From the NCBI RefSeq assembly GCF_009914755.1, contig NC_060937.1: a stretch of DNA of 64,000 nt. One strand, written 5' to 3'. Origin of the DNA: the human T2T-CHM13v2.0 reference genome, Homo sapiens. Positions 27,847-41,110 of this stretch are shown piece by piece (the stretch's first letter is position 1; each line of letters begins with the position of its first letter). The translations under genes were made by a program, and so were the position numbers. The notes under the pieces were generated by a model. That model was not told where the DNA came from, made no database searches, and worked only from the letters and a program-made list of their open reading frames with translations.

Positions 27847-30243
27847 TGGTATGATTTAGATCTGTGCCCCACCCAAATCTCATGTTCAGCTGTAATCCCC
27901 AGTGTTGGATCTGGGGCCTGGTGGGAAGTGATTGGATCATGGGGGTGGTTTCTAATGGTTTAGCACCATCCCCCAGAGCTGTTATTGTGATAGAATTCTC
28001 ACAAGATCTGGTTGTTTAAAAGTGTGCAGTATCTCCCCCCTCTCTGTCTTCCTCCGGCTCTGGCCATGTGAAGATGTGCCTACTTCTCCTTTACCTTTTG
28101 CCATGATTGTAAATTTCCTGAGGCCTCCCCAGCCATGCTTCATGTACAACCTACAGAACCGTCAGCCAATTAAACCTCTTTTCTTTATAAATTACCCAGT
28201 TCCGGCTGGGCACTGTGGCTCACGCCTGTAATCCCAGCACTTTGGGAGGCCGAGGTGGATGGATCACGAGGTCAGGAGTTCAAGATCAGCCTGGGCAAGA
28301 TGGTGAAACCCCGTCTCTACTAAAAATACAAAAAAAAAAAAACTTAGCCTGTTGTGGAGGTGGGCGCCTGAAATCCCAGCTACTTGGGAGGCTGAGGCAG
28401 AGAATTGCTTAAACCTGGGAGGCAGAGGATGAAGTGAGCCGAGATTGCACCACTGCACTCCAGCCTGGGTGACAGAGCAAAACTCCATCTCAAAAAAAAA
28501 AAAAAAAAAAATTACCCAGTTCCGGGTATTTCTTTATAGCAATGTGAGAATGGACTAATACAGAAAATTGGTACTGGGAGTGGGGCATTGCTATAAAGAT
28601 ACCTGAAATTGTAGAAGGAAGCAACTTTGGAATGGGGTAATGGGCAGAGGTTGGGACAGTTTGGAGGACTCAGAGGAAGACAGGAAGAGGAACGAAAGTT
28701 TGAAACCTCCTAGAGACTTGTTGAATGGTTGTGACCAAAATGCTGATAGTGGTATAGACAGTGAAGTTCAGGCTGAGGAGGGCTCAGAATGACCGCAGAT
28801 GAGGAACTTATTGGGAACTGGAGTAAAGGCCACTCTTGCTATGCTTTAGTAAAGAGACTGGTGGCATTGTACCCCTGGTCTATGGATCTGTGGAACTTTG
28901 AACTTGAGAGAGGTGATTTAGGGTATCTGGTGGAAGAAACTTCTAAGCAGCAAAGTGTTCAAGATGTGACCTGGCCTCTAGCAGCCAGTGCTCATATTCA
29001 TGAACAAAGAAATGATGTAAAATTGGAACTTACATTTAAAAGGGAAACAGAGCAGAAGAGTTGGAAAATTTTCAGTCTGACCATGTGGTAGAAAAGAAAA
29101 ACCCATTTATAGGGGAGTAATTCAAGCAGACTGCATGAATTTGCATAAGTAAAGAGGAGCCAAGTGCTGATAGCCAAGACAATGGGAAAAAGGGCTCCAA
29201 GGCATCTCAGCGACCTTTAAGGCAGCTCCTTCTATCATAGGCCCAGAGACCTAGGAGGGAAGAACAGTTTCCTGGGCCAGGGCCCTGCCAGCCTCAGGAC
29301 ACTGCTGCCTGCATCCTAGTTACTCCAGCTCCAGCCATGGCTGAAAGGGGCCCAGATATAGCTCAGGCCTTCAGACGGTGCCAGCCCAAACCCTTGGAAG
29401 ATTCCACATGCTGTTAAGCCTGCAGGTGCTGAAAGCCAAGAATTGAGGCTTGGGAGCCTCAGCCTAGATTTCAGATATATGGAAAAGCCTGGATGTTCAG
29501 GCAGAAGGTTGCTGCAGGGGCAGAGCCCTCATGGAAAAATCTCTACTAGGGCAGTGCAGAGGGGAAATGTGGGGTTGGAGCCCCCAACAGAGTCCCCACT
29601 GGGGCACTGCCTAGTGGAGCTGTGAGAAAGACCACCATCTTTCAGACCCCAGAATGGTAGATCCGCTGACAGCTTGCACCATGCACCTGGAAAAGCTGCA
29701 GCCACTCATTGCCAGCCCTTGACAGCAGCCGCGTGGGCTGAGCCCTGCAAAGTCACAGGAGTGGCACTGCCCAAGGCCTTGGGAGCTCACCCCTTGCTGC
29801 AATATGCCCTGGATGTGAGACATGGAGTCAAAGGAGATTATTTTGGAGCTTTAAGATTTAATAACTGCCCTGCTGGGTTTTAGCACGTGCATGGGGCCCG
29901 TAGCCTTTTTCTTTTGGCCGGTTTTACCCTTTTGGAATGGGACTATTTACCCAATGCCTATAATCCCATTGTATCTTGGAAGTAATTAACTTGTTTTTGA
30001 TTTTATAGGCTTATAGGTGGAAGGGACTTGGCTTGTCCCAGATGAGACTTTGGACTTTTGAGTTAATGCTGGAATGAGTTAAGACTTTGGGGGCTGTTGA
30101 GAAGGGATGATTGTATTTTGTAATGTGAGAACATGATATTTTGGAGGAGCTGGGGCGGAATGATATGGTTTGGATCTGTGCCCCACCCAAATCTTATGTT
30201 GAATTGTAATCCCTAATGTTGGAGTTGGGGCTTGGTGGTAGGT
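27847..30243 (+). mobile_element. MST (ERVL-MaLR) provirus: 5' LTR 27847-28562, internal region, truncated 3' LTR 30161-30243
   Basis: LTR ends ggactaataca followed by gaaaattggta; typical MST-int sequence; second tgatatggtttgg LTR start at 30161. Confidence 0.9.
28204..28510 (+). mobile_element. AluS inside the MST 5' LTR
   Basis: TSD aaattacccagttcc. Confidence 0.93.
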
Positions 30244-30512
30244 TTTTTGTTTTTTTTTAGAAATCTCCATATTGTTTTCCATAGTGGTTGAACTAATTTA
30301 CATTGCTGCCACCCATATATGTGTTACAATTTCTTCACCTCCATGCTAACATCTATTTTTTTTTAAGCTTTTTAGTAATAGCCACTCAGACTTGTGTAAG
30401 ATGATTGATATTTCATTGTGGTTTTAATTTGCATTTCTCTGATGATTAGTGATGAACATTTTTTCATGTTTGTTGGCTGCTTGTATGTCTTCTTTTGAGA
30501 AATGTCTCTTAA

Positions 30513-30820
<308 letters not shown>

Positions 30821-33079
30821 CTTTGCCCACTTTTTAATGGGGTTCTTTGTTTTCTTCTTGTTGAGTTGTTTGAGTGTCTTGTAGATTCTGGATATTAGTC
30901 CTTTGTCGGAGGCATAATTTGCAAATGTTTTCTCTCATTCTGTAGTTTGTCTCTTTGCCCTGTTGATTATCTTTTGATGTGCAGAAGCTTTTTAGTTAAG
31001 TCCCATTTGTTTATTTTTGGTTTTGTTGCATTTGTGTTTGGGGTCTTCGTCATAAGTTGTTTGCCTAGGCCAATGTCCAAAATGTTTAATCTATCTTGAG
31101 GTAGTTTTTGTATATGCTGGGAGACAGAGATCCAGTTTCTTCTGCATATGGCTAGCCAATTTTCCCAGCACCATTTATTGAATTAGGGTGTCCTTTCCCT
31201 GTTGTTTATATTTGTCAGCTTTGTCAAAGATCAATCTGTTGGATGTAAGTATGTGGTTTTATTTCTGGGGTTCTCTATTGTAGTCCATTGATCTGTGTGC
31301 GTATTTTTGTACCAGTACCATGCCATTTTAGTTACTATAGCCTTGTAGTATAATTTGAAGTCAAGTAATGTGATGCCTCTGGATTTGTTCTTTTTGGTTA
31401 GGATTACTTTGGCTATTCATGCCCTTTTTTGGTGCTGTATGGACTTTAGAATTGTTTTTCCTAGTTCTCTGAAAAATGACATTGGTGATTTGATAGGAAT
31501 TGTGTTGAATCTACAGATTACTATGGGCAGTATGGTTATTTTAATGATAGTCTCCAAATCCATGAGCCTGGGATGTTTTTGTGTTTATTTATGACATATA
31601 TGATTTGTTTCATAAGTGTTTTGTAGTTCTCATGGAGATCTTTCACCTCCTTGGTCAGTGTTTTCCTAGGTATTTTATTTTTTTGCATATGGCTTTTGTA
31701 AATGGGATTGAATTCTTGATTTGGTTTTTGGCTTGAATATTGTTGGTGTATAGAAATGCTACAGATTTTTATACCATGGTTTTGTATACTGAGACTTTAC
31801 TCAAGTTGTTTATCGGTCTTGGAGTCCTTTAGTAGAATCTTTAGGGTTTTCTAGGTAAAAAAATCATATTTGTGAAGAGACATAATTTGACCTCCTCTTG
31901 TCCCTTTTGGATATCTTTTATTTCTTTTTCTTGCCTGATAACTTTAGCCAGGACTTCCAGTACTATGTTGAATTGGAATAGTAAGAGTGAACATCATTGT
32001 CCTGTTCCAATTCTTAGGGTGAATGCTTTCAGCTTTTCCCCATTCAGTATATTGGCTGTGGGTTTGTCATATGTGGCCTTTATTATGTTGAGGTATGTTT
32101 CCTGTATGCCTAGTTAATCTAGCTAGCAGTTTATCAATTTTGCTCATGGATTTGGAGAATATAATATCGTTAAAAAGACAACACTACCTAAAGCAATCCA
32201 CATACCACCCAAAGCATACTGTCTTGGTTACTGTAGCCTTATAGTATAGTGTGAAGTTGGGTAATGTGATACCTCCAGCTTAGTTCTTTTTGCTAAGGAT
32301 TGCTTTGGCTATTCAGGTTCTTTTTTGGTTTTATATGAATTTTAGAATATATATATTTTTAATTCTGTGAAAAATGACATTGGTAATTTGGTAGGAATAG
32401 TGTTGAATCTGTAGATTGCTTTGGGCAGTATGGCCATTTTAATGATATTGATTCTTCCAACCTGTGAGCATGGAATGTTTTTCCATTTGCTTGTGTCATG
32501 TATGACTACTTTGAGCAGTGTTTAATAGTTCTCCCTTTAGCAATGTTTCACCTCCTTGGTTAGCTGTATTCCTAGGTATTTTACTTTTTGTGTGTGGCTA
32601 TTAAAAATGGGATTTTGTTATTGATTTGGCTCTCAGCTTGAATGTTGTCAGTGTATATAAATGTTACTGCTGCTTGTACATTAATTTTATATCCTGAAAC
32701 TTTACTGAAGTTGCTTATCAGTTCCAGGAGCCTTTTGGTGGAGTCCTTAGGGTTTTTTAGGTATAGAATCATATAATCACTGAAGAGAGGTATTTGACTT
32801 CTTTTCCTATTTGGATGCCTTTTATTTCTTTCTCTTGCCTGATTGCTCTGGTTAAGACTTCCAGTACTGTGGCAAATAGGAGTGGTGAGAATGGGCATCC
32901 TTGTCTTTTCTAGTTTTCAAGGGAAATGCTTTCAGCTGCTGCCTGTTTAGTATGGTGTTGGCTGTGGGTTTGTTATAGATGGCTTTTATTGTTTTCAGGT
33001 ATGCTTCTTCGATGTCTAGTTTCTTGAGGGATTTTTATCATACAGGGGTGTTGGATTTCATAGACTGCTTTTTCTACAG

Positions 33080-33361
33080 TTTTTTTTTTTTTTGAGACAG
33101 AGTGTTACATTGTCCCCCAGGCTGGAGTGCAGTGGCTCTATCTCGGCTCACTGCAACCTACGCCTCCCACTTCAAGTGATTCTTGTGCCTCAGCCTCCTG
33201 GGGCTGGGGTTACAGGCATGCATCACCATGCCTGGCTACTTTTTTGCAGAGATGGGGTTTTGCCATGTTGGCCGGGCTGGTCTTGAACTGGCTTCAAGTG
33301 ATCCTCCCACCTCAGCCTCCCAAGGTGCTGGGATTACAGGTGTGAGCCACTGTGCTCAGCC
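33080..33361 (-). mobile_element. AluS/J inside L1
   Basis: Alu consensus with small deletions. Confidence 0.9.
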
Positions 33362-33481
33362 TTTCTGTATCTATTAAGATGATCATACGGGTTTTGTTTT
33401 TAATTCTGTTTATGTGGTGGACCACATATGTTTGCATATGTTGAACCATCCTTGCATCCCAGAGACAAAGCCCATTTGATT

Positions 33482-33485
33482 GTGT

Positions 33486-33524
<39 letters not shown>
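33482..33524. repeat. (TG)n microsatellite
   Basis: About 20 TG units with one interruption. Confidence 0.95.
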
Positions 33525-33529
<5 letters not shown>

Positions 33530-34538
33530 TGTTGGATTTAGTTTGCTAGTATTTTGTTGCATATGTTTACATCTATTTTCATCAGGGATATTGGCCTGTG
33601 GTTTCCTTTTTTTGGTTGTCTTGCCTCATTTTGGTATCAGGTTGATACTGGTTTCATAGAATGAGTTAGGGAGGAATCCTTCCTCTTTGATTTTTTTTTT
33701 TTTCGGGGGGGAATACTTTCAGTAAGATTGGTAACCAGCTCTTTGTATGTCTGGTAAAAATTGGCTGTAAAAAATCTGTCCTGGGCTTTTTTTTTTTTCC
33801 TGGAAGATTTTGTCAGGACTAATTTGATTTTATTGCTCATTATTGGTCTATTCAGGATTTCTGTTTCTTCTTGGTTAAATCTTGGGAGGTTGTATGTTTC
33901 TGGGAATTTATCCATTTCCTCTAAGTTTTCTATCTAGTTTGCATAAAGATGTTCATAGTAGTCTCTGATGATGTTTTGTATTTTCTGTGGTATGAGTTGT
34001 CACCTTTCTCATTTCTGGTTGTGCTTATTTGAATCTTCTCTCTTTTTTTCTTGGTTAGTCTAGCTAGTGGTCTGTCAATTTTGTTTATCCTTTCAAAGAA
34101 GTTTTTGTTTTGTAGATCCTTTTTCTTTTTTTTTCTTTTTGGTCACAATCTCATTTAGTTCATTCTGATCTTTTTATTTCTTTTCTCCCAGCTAGTTTTG
34201 GGTTTGTTTTATTCTTATTTTTCTAGTTCCTTGAGGTGTGGTGTGTGGTTGTTCATTTGCGATCTTTCTATCTTTTTGATGTAGGCATTTAATGCTGTAA
34301 ACATGCTTCATAGCACAGCTTTTGTGGTATCCCAGAGGTTTTGGTATGCTATGTTTCTGTTTTCATTTGTATCAGAAATTATTTTGATTTCTGCTTTAAT
34401 TTCATTGCTCGCCCAAAAGTAATTCCGGTTGTTTACTTTTCATGTACTTGTGTTGTTTTCAGAGTTCCTTTTGGTATTGACTTCTAATTTTATTCCATTG
34501 TGGTTCAAGAAATACTTGATATGATTTGGACTTTTTTT

Positions 34539-36707
34539 TTTCTTTTTCTTTTTCTTTTTTTTATTGATCATTCTTGGGTGTTTCTCGCAGAGGGGGATTT
34601 GGCAGGGTCACAGGACAATAGTGGAGGGAAGGTCAGCAGATAAACAAGTGAACAAAGGTCTCTGGTTTTCCTAGGCAGAGGACCCTGCGGCCTTCCACAG
34701 TGTTTGTGTCCCTGGGTACTTGAGATTAGGGAGTGGTGATGACTCTTAAGGAGCATGCTGCCTTCAAGCATCTGTTTAACAAAGCACATCTTGCACCGCC
34801 CCTAATCCATTCAACCCTGAGTGGATACAGCACATGTTTCAGAGAGCACAGGGTTGGGGGTAAGGTCACAGATCAACAGGATCCCAAGGCAGAAGAATTT
34901 TTCTTAGTACAGAACAAAATGAAAAGTCTCCCATGTCTACTTCTTTCTACACAGACACGGCAACCATCCGATTTCTCAATCTTTTCCCCACCTTTCCCCC
35001 CTTTCTATTCCACAAAACCGCCATTGTCATCATGGCCCGTTCTCAATGAGCTGTTGGGTACACCTCCCAGACGGGGTGGTGGCCGGGCAGAGGGGCTCCT
35101 CACTTCCCAGTAGGGGCGGCCGGGCAGAGGCGCCCCTCACCTCCCGGACGGGGCGACTGGCCAGGCGGGGGGCTGACCCCCCCACCTCCCTCCCGGACGG
35201 GGCGGCTGGCCGGGCGGGGGGCTGACCCCCCCACCTCCCTCCCGGACGGGGCGGCTGGCTGGGCAGAGAGGCTCCTCACTTCCCAGTAGGGGCGGCCGGG
35301 CAGAGGCGCCCCTCACTTTCCGGATGGGGTGGCTGGCCGGGCGGGGGGCTGACCCCCCCACCTCCCTCCCGGACGGGGCAGCTGGCCGGGCAGAGGGGCT
35401 CCTCACTTCCCAGTAGGGGCAGCCGGGCAGAGGCGCCCCTCACTTCCCAGACGGGGCGGCTGGCCGGGCGGGGGGCTGACCCCCCCCACCTCCCTCCCGG
35501 ACGGGGCGGCTGGCCGGGCGGGGGGCTGACACCCCCACCTCCCTCCCGGATGGGGTGGCTGGCCGGGCGGGGGGCTGACCCCCCCACCTCCCTCCTGGAT
35601 GGAGCGGCTGGCCGGGCAGAGGGGCTCCTCACTTCCCAGTAGGGGCGGCCGGGCAGAGGCGCCCCTCACTTCCCAGACGGAGCGGCTGGCCGGGCAGGGG
35701 GCTGACCCCCCCACCTCCCTCCCGGACGGGGCTGCTGGCCAGGCAGGCGGCTGACCCCCCCACCTCCCTCCCGGACGAGGTGGCTGCCGGGCGGAGACGC
35801 TCCTCACTTCCCAGACGGGGTGGCTGCTGGGCGGAGGGGCTCCTCACTTCTCAGACGGGGCACTTGCCGGGCGGAGGGACTCCTCACTTCTCAGACGGGG
35901 CGGTTGCCAGGCAGAGGGTCTCCTCACTTCTCAGACGGGGCGGCCGGGCAGAGACGCTCCTCACATCCCGGACGGGGCGGCAGGGCAGAGGTGCTCCTCA
36001 CATCTCAGACGATGGGCGGCCGGGCAGAGATGCTCCTCACTTCCCAGATGTGATGGCGGCCGGGAAGAGGCACTCCTCACTTCCTAGATGGGATGGCGGC
36101 CGGGCAGAGACGCTCCTCACTTTCCAGACTAGGCAGCCAGGCAGAGGGGCTCCTCACATCCCAGACGATGGGCGGCCAGGCGGAGACGCTCCTCACTTCC
36201 CAGACGGGGTGGTGGCCGGGCAGAGGCTGCAATCTCGGCACTTTGGGAGGCCAAGGCAGGCTGCTGGGAGGTGGAGGTTGTAGCGAGCCGAGATCACGCC
36301 ACTGCACTCCAGCCTGGGCACCATTGAGCACTGAGTGAACGAGACTCCCTCTGCAATCCCGGCACCTTGGGAGGCGGAGGCTGGCGGATCACTCGCGGTT
36401 AGGAGCTGGAGACCAGCCCGGCCAACACAGTGAAACGCCGTCTCCACCAAAAAAATACGAAAACCAGTCAGGCGTGGCGGCGCGCGCCTGCAATCGCAGG
36501 CACTGGGCAGGTTGAGGCAGGAGAATCAGGCAGGGAGGTTGCAGTGAGCTGAGATGGCAGCAGCACCATCCAGCTTCAGCTCGGCATCAGAGGGAGACCA
36601 TGGAAAGAGAGGGAGAGGGAGACCGTGGAAAGAGAGGGAGAGGGAGACCGTGGAAAGAGAGGGAGAGGGAGACTGTGGGGAGAGGGAGAGGGAGAGGGAG
36701 AGGGACA
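34539..36707 (-). mobile_element. Full-length SVA retrotransposon, antisense to DNAJC3
   Basis: On the + strand: poly-T tail, SINE-R (~34563-35060), GC-rich VNTR (~35060-36225), Alu-like domain (~36225-36590), (AGAGGG)n hexamer head; 15-bp TSD atttggacttttttt at 34524-34538 and 36708-36722. Confidence 0.97.
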
Positions 36708-37355
36708 ATTTGGACTTTTTTTGAGTTTATTGAAACTTTCCATGGCCAAGCATATGGTTGATTTTAAGAATGTTCCACACACAGATGAGAAAAATGTATA
36801 TTTTGTGGTTGTTGGATAGAATGTTCTGTAAATGTCTACTAGGTCCATTTGGTTTAGAGTTTAGTCTAAGTCTGGAGTTTCATTGTTCACTTTCTGCCTT
36901 GATGATCTGTCTTGTGTTGTCAGTGGGGGGGTTGGCGTCCCTTCATTATTGTGTGGCTATTGATCTGTTTTCTTAGGTCTAGTAGTAGGAGTTTTATGAA
37001 TCTTGGTGCTCCAGTGTTGAGTGTGTATATGTTTAGCATAGTTAAATATTCTTGTTGTATTGAATCTTTTATTATTTTATAAATAATAATAACCCCAGGG
37101 CCCAACCCCAATCTCAGCCCTACTCCACTCTAGCGCTATAGTTGTAGCAGGAGTTTTTCTGCTCATCTGCTTCTATCCCCTAATAGAAAATAGTGTATTA
37201 ATCCAAACCTTTACACTGTTTAGGTGCTATTACCACCATATTTAGAGCAATCTGTGCTCTAACACAAAATGATATCAAAACAATGGTAGCACTCTCCACT
37301 TCAAGTCAACTAGACCTTACAATACTCACAATTGACATTAATCAACCACACCTAG

Positions 37356-37677
<322 letters not shown>

Positions 37678-38188
37678 GCACCCATGCCTTTTTTAAAGCT
37701 ATATTATTTATGTGTTCGGGATCCATCATCCACAACCTCAACGATGAACAAGATATTCTAAAAATAGGAGGACTATTTAAGACTTTACCCCTTACTTCTT
37801 CCTCCCTTATTATTGGCAGCTTAGCACTTACAGGTATGCCTTTCCTAATAGGCTTTTACTCTAAATACCTTATTATTGAAACCACAAACGTGATATACCA
37901 ATACCTGAGCCCTTTCTAGTACTCTTATTGCCACCTCCTTAACAGCTGTTTGTAGTATCAGAATTATTGTCTTTGTTCTAATAGGACAACCCCACTTCAC
38001 AACTCTAATTATTAATGAAAATAAACCCTTCCTAATTCAATTAAACACCTAATAATAGGCAGTATCTTCACTGGATTTCTTATCAGCAATAGTATTATCC
38101 CCACCTCTTCCCCCCAGACAACAGTACCACCTCATCTAAAACTTACAGCCCTTAGTGTAACCTAGGGATTTTGCTAGCAATGGAGCTC

Positions 38189-38272
38189 AGTCTTCTAACT
38201 AATAATCTTAAGACTATTAGTCTTCTAACTAATAATCTTAAGACTATTAGTCTTCTAACTAATAATCTTAAG
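38189..38272. repeat. 30-bp tandem repeat, 2.8 identical copies, inside the NUMT
   Basis: Unit agtcttctaactaataatcttaagactatt. Confidence 0.95.
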
Positions 38273-38536
38273 CTAAAATATCCATTACAGACATTCAACT
38301 TCTCCAATATACTGGAATTTTACTCAACCACAATCCATTGTACAACCCCTTGCTCAAGCCAAAATCTGGCTTCACTTCTACTATACCTAGTTTGATTAGA
38401 AAAGTCCATACCAAAGACAATTTCACAGACCCACGTTACAGCCTCCATTACCATATCCACTCAAAAAGGCCTAATTAAATTTTATTTCCATTCCTTTTTT
38501 ATCCCCTCCTTTCTAACTCTACTCTTAATTATCTAC

Positions 38537-39053
<517 letters not shown>

Positions 39054-39122
39054 TATTCCCACATGGCTTGTAACCATGACTAATGATAGGAAAAATAATC
39101 ATTGTACTTCAACTATAAGAAC
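39054..39122 (-). pseudogene. mt-tRNA-Glu pseudogene
   Basis: tattcccacatgg...ttcaactataagaac between the ND6 start and CYTB ATG, as in mtDNA. Confidence 0.88.
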
Positions 39123-39126
39123 ACTA

Positions 39127-40267
39127 ATGATTAATATACATAAAATACACCCACTAATTAAAATTATAAATTATTCATTTATTGATCTCCCCACACCATC
39201 CAACATCTCTACATGATGAAATTTTGGCTCACTTCTTGGTGCCTGCTTAATTCTCCAGACCATCACAGGATTATTTCTGGCCATACACTACACACCGGAC
39301 ACCTTAACTGCTTTCTCTTCAGTTGCCCATATCAACCGAGTTGTAAACTACGGCAGAATAGTCCACTATTTTCACGCTAACGGTGCTTCAATATTCTTCA
39401 TCTGCCTCTTCCTGCACGTTGGCCAAGGTTTATATTATGGGTCACTTATGTCCCTAGAAACCTGAAATACTGGTATTATCCTCCTACTCAACAACTATAG
39501 CAACAGCGTTTATAGGCTACATACTCCCATGAGGCCAAATATCATTCTGAGGCGCTACAGTAATTACAAATCTATTATCAGCCATTCCATATATTGGAAC
39601 GGATCTTGTTCAATGAATCTGAGGTGGGTTCTCAGTTGATAAAGCCACTATTGCATGACTTTTCACCTTCCATTTTATCCTACCCTTCATCATTATAGCC
39701 GTAGCAATTCTCCACCTTTTATTCTTGCATGAAACAGGATCCAGTAACCCTTCAGGAATTTCATCAGATTCCAACAAAATCACCTTCCACCCTTACTATA
39801 CAACCAAAGATATCCTAGGTCTAATATTTCTCCTCCTCCTTCTAATAACTCTAGTATTATTTTGACCTGACTTCCCGAGCAATCCAGACAATTACACTTT
39901 AGCCAACCCCCTCAGTATCCTACCCCACATTAAGCCAGAATGATATTTTTTGTTTGCATACACAATCTTACGATCCATCCCTAATAAACTAGAAGGTGTA
40001 CTGGCCCTTCTATTCTCTATTCTATTCTAGCAGTTATTCTTGTACTACATACGTTCAAACAACAAAGCATAATATTCTGCCCATTAAGTCAATGCCTGTT
40101 CTGAATTTTAGTGGCGGACTTGCTTACAGTCACATGAATCAGATGATAGCCAGTTGAACATCCTTTTGTTACCATCGGACAGCCAGCATCTATTATGTAA
40201 TTCTCCATTTTCCTTGCCCTTATACCACTCACTGCCCTAATTGAAAATAAGCTACTTAAATGAAACT
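39127..40267 (+). pseudogene. MT-CYB pseudogene, full length
   Basis: ATG at 39127; [36 protein letters not shown] and PHIKPEWYFLFAY motifs under the mitochondrial code; +1 frameshift ~39490 and premature stops near 40147 and 40198. Confidence 0.95.
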
Positions 40268-40333
40268 GCCCTTGTAGTACAACTCAATACTCTGGTCTTC
40301 TAAACCAGAAATGGAGAGTCTCTCCCCAGGACA
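40268..40333 (+). pseudogene. mt-tRNA-Thr pseudogene, anticodon changed TGT>TCT
   Basis: Directly follows CYTB; stems CTGGT/ACCAG and GGAGA/TCTCC intact, loop CTTCTAA. Confidence 0.9.
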
Positions 40334-40335
40334 AC

Positions 40336-40437
40336 TCGGAGAAAAAGCATTCCCGCTTCACCGTCAACACTGCTTCACCATCAATACCGCTTCACCATCA
40401 ACACCCAAAGCTGAAGTTGTAATTAAACTATTCTCTG
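40336..40437 (-). pseudogene. mt-tRNA-Pro pseudogene with internal 17-bp triplication
   Basis: tcggagaaaaag...cacccaaagctgaag...aaactattctctg matches mt tRNA-Pro. Confidence 0.88.
40354..40404. repeat. 17-bp tandem repeat, 3 copies, inside the tRNA-Pro pseudogene
   Basis: cgcttcaccgtcaacac / tgcttcaccatcaatac / cgcttcaccatcaacac. Confidence 0.95.
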
Positions 40438-41110
40438 TATTCTTTTTGGCACATATTTTAACTAATATGTCAGTATTGACTGCCAACACTAATATATTAG
40501 TACTCCTATGTACTTTGTGCATTACTGTTAATCCCCATGAATGATATATGTGCTATAAATGCTTGATTGTACATAGTACATACACACATAACCTTACACT
40601 AAAGAGCCATTCCACATGCATATAAGCATGTACTAACAATCCCTTAATCAACTATCACTCATTCAGACATTACACTCACATGACGAAACTCGATCCACAT
40701 GAATATCGACCAGTACTGGAAACCCTTGATATTACATAGTGCATACGTTCATTCACTGACGTAGTGTATTTCAGTCAAGATTAACCTCGCCAACATGGAT
40801 ATCCCCTACCAAGCTTTGGTCTGTTAATCTACCAACCTCCAAGAAATCATCATCCCTCTCGGGCGTGTTACTCTCCTCGCTCTGGGCCCATAACACTTGG
40901 GAGTGACTATACTGAAACTGTACCTGGCATCTGGTTCTTACCTCAGGGCCATGAAACTAAGATTGAAACTAAGATTGCCCACACATTTCACTTAAATAAG
41001 ACGTCTTGATGGACTAGTGACTACCACCCTATTAACCAGTTACGGGAGCACTGTCATGCATTTGGTATTTTTAACTTTTGGGGATGCTGTCACTCACCAT
41101 TGTGGAAGGC
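40438..41110 (+). other. Mitochondrial control-region (D-loop) remnant: TAS domain and central conserved domain
   Basis: TACAT motifs (gtacatagtacat), ctcctcgctctgggcccat, catctggttcttacctcaggg, cttaaataagac, catgcatttggtatttt. Confidence 0.9.

Noticed and set aside
28789-29883. ORFs in the MST internal region
   Set aside because: Broken MaLR internal ORF remnants
35060-36230. Repeat array and repetitive ORFs resembling a CRISPR-like or repeat-protein locus
   Set aside because: It is the SVA VNTR: tandem units without unique spacers, flanked by SINE-R and Alu-like domains
37710-38395. ND5-like short ORFs as expressed nuclear peptides
   Set aside because: Fragments within a frameshifted pseudogene; no promoter or splice evidence
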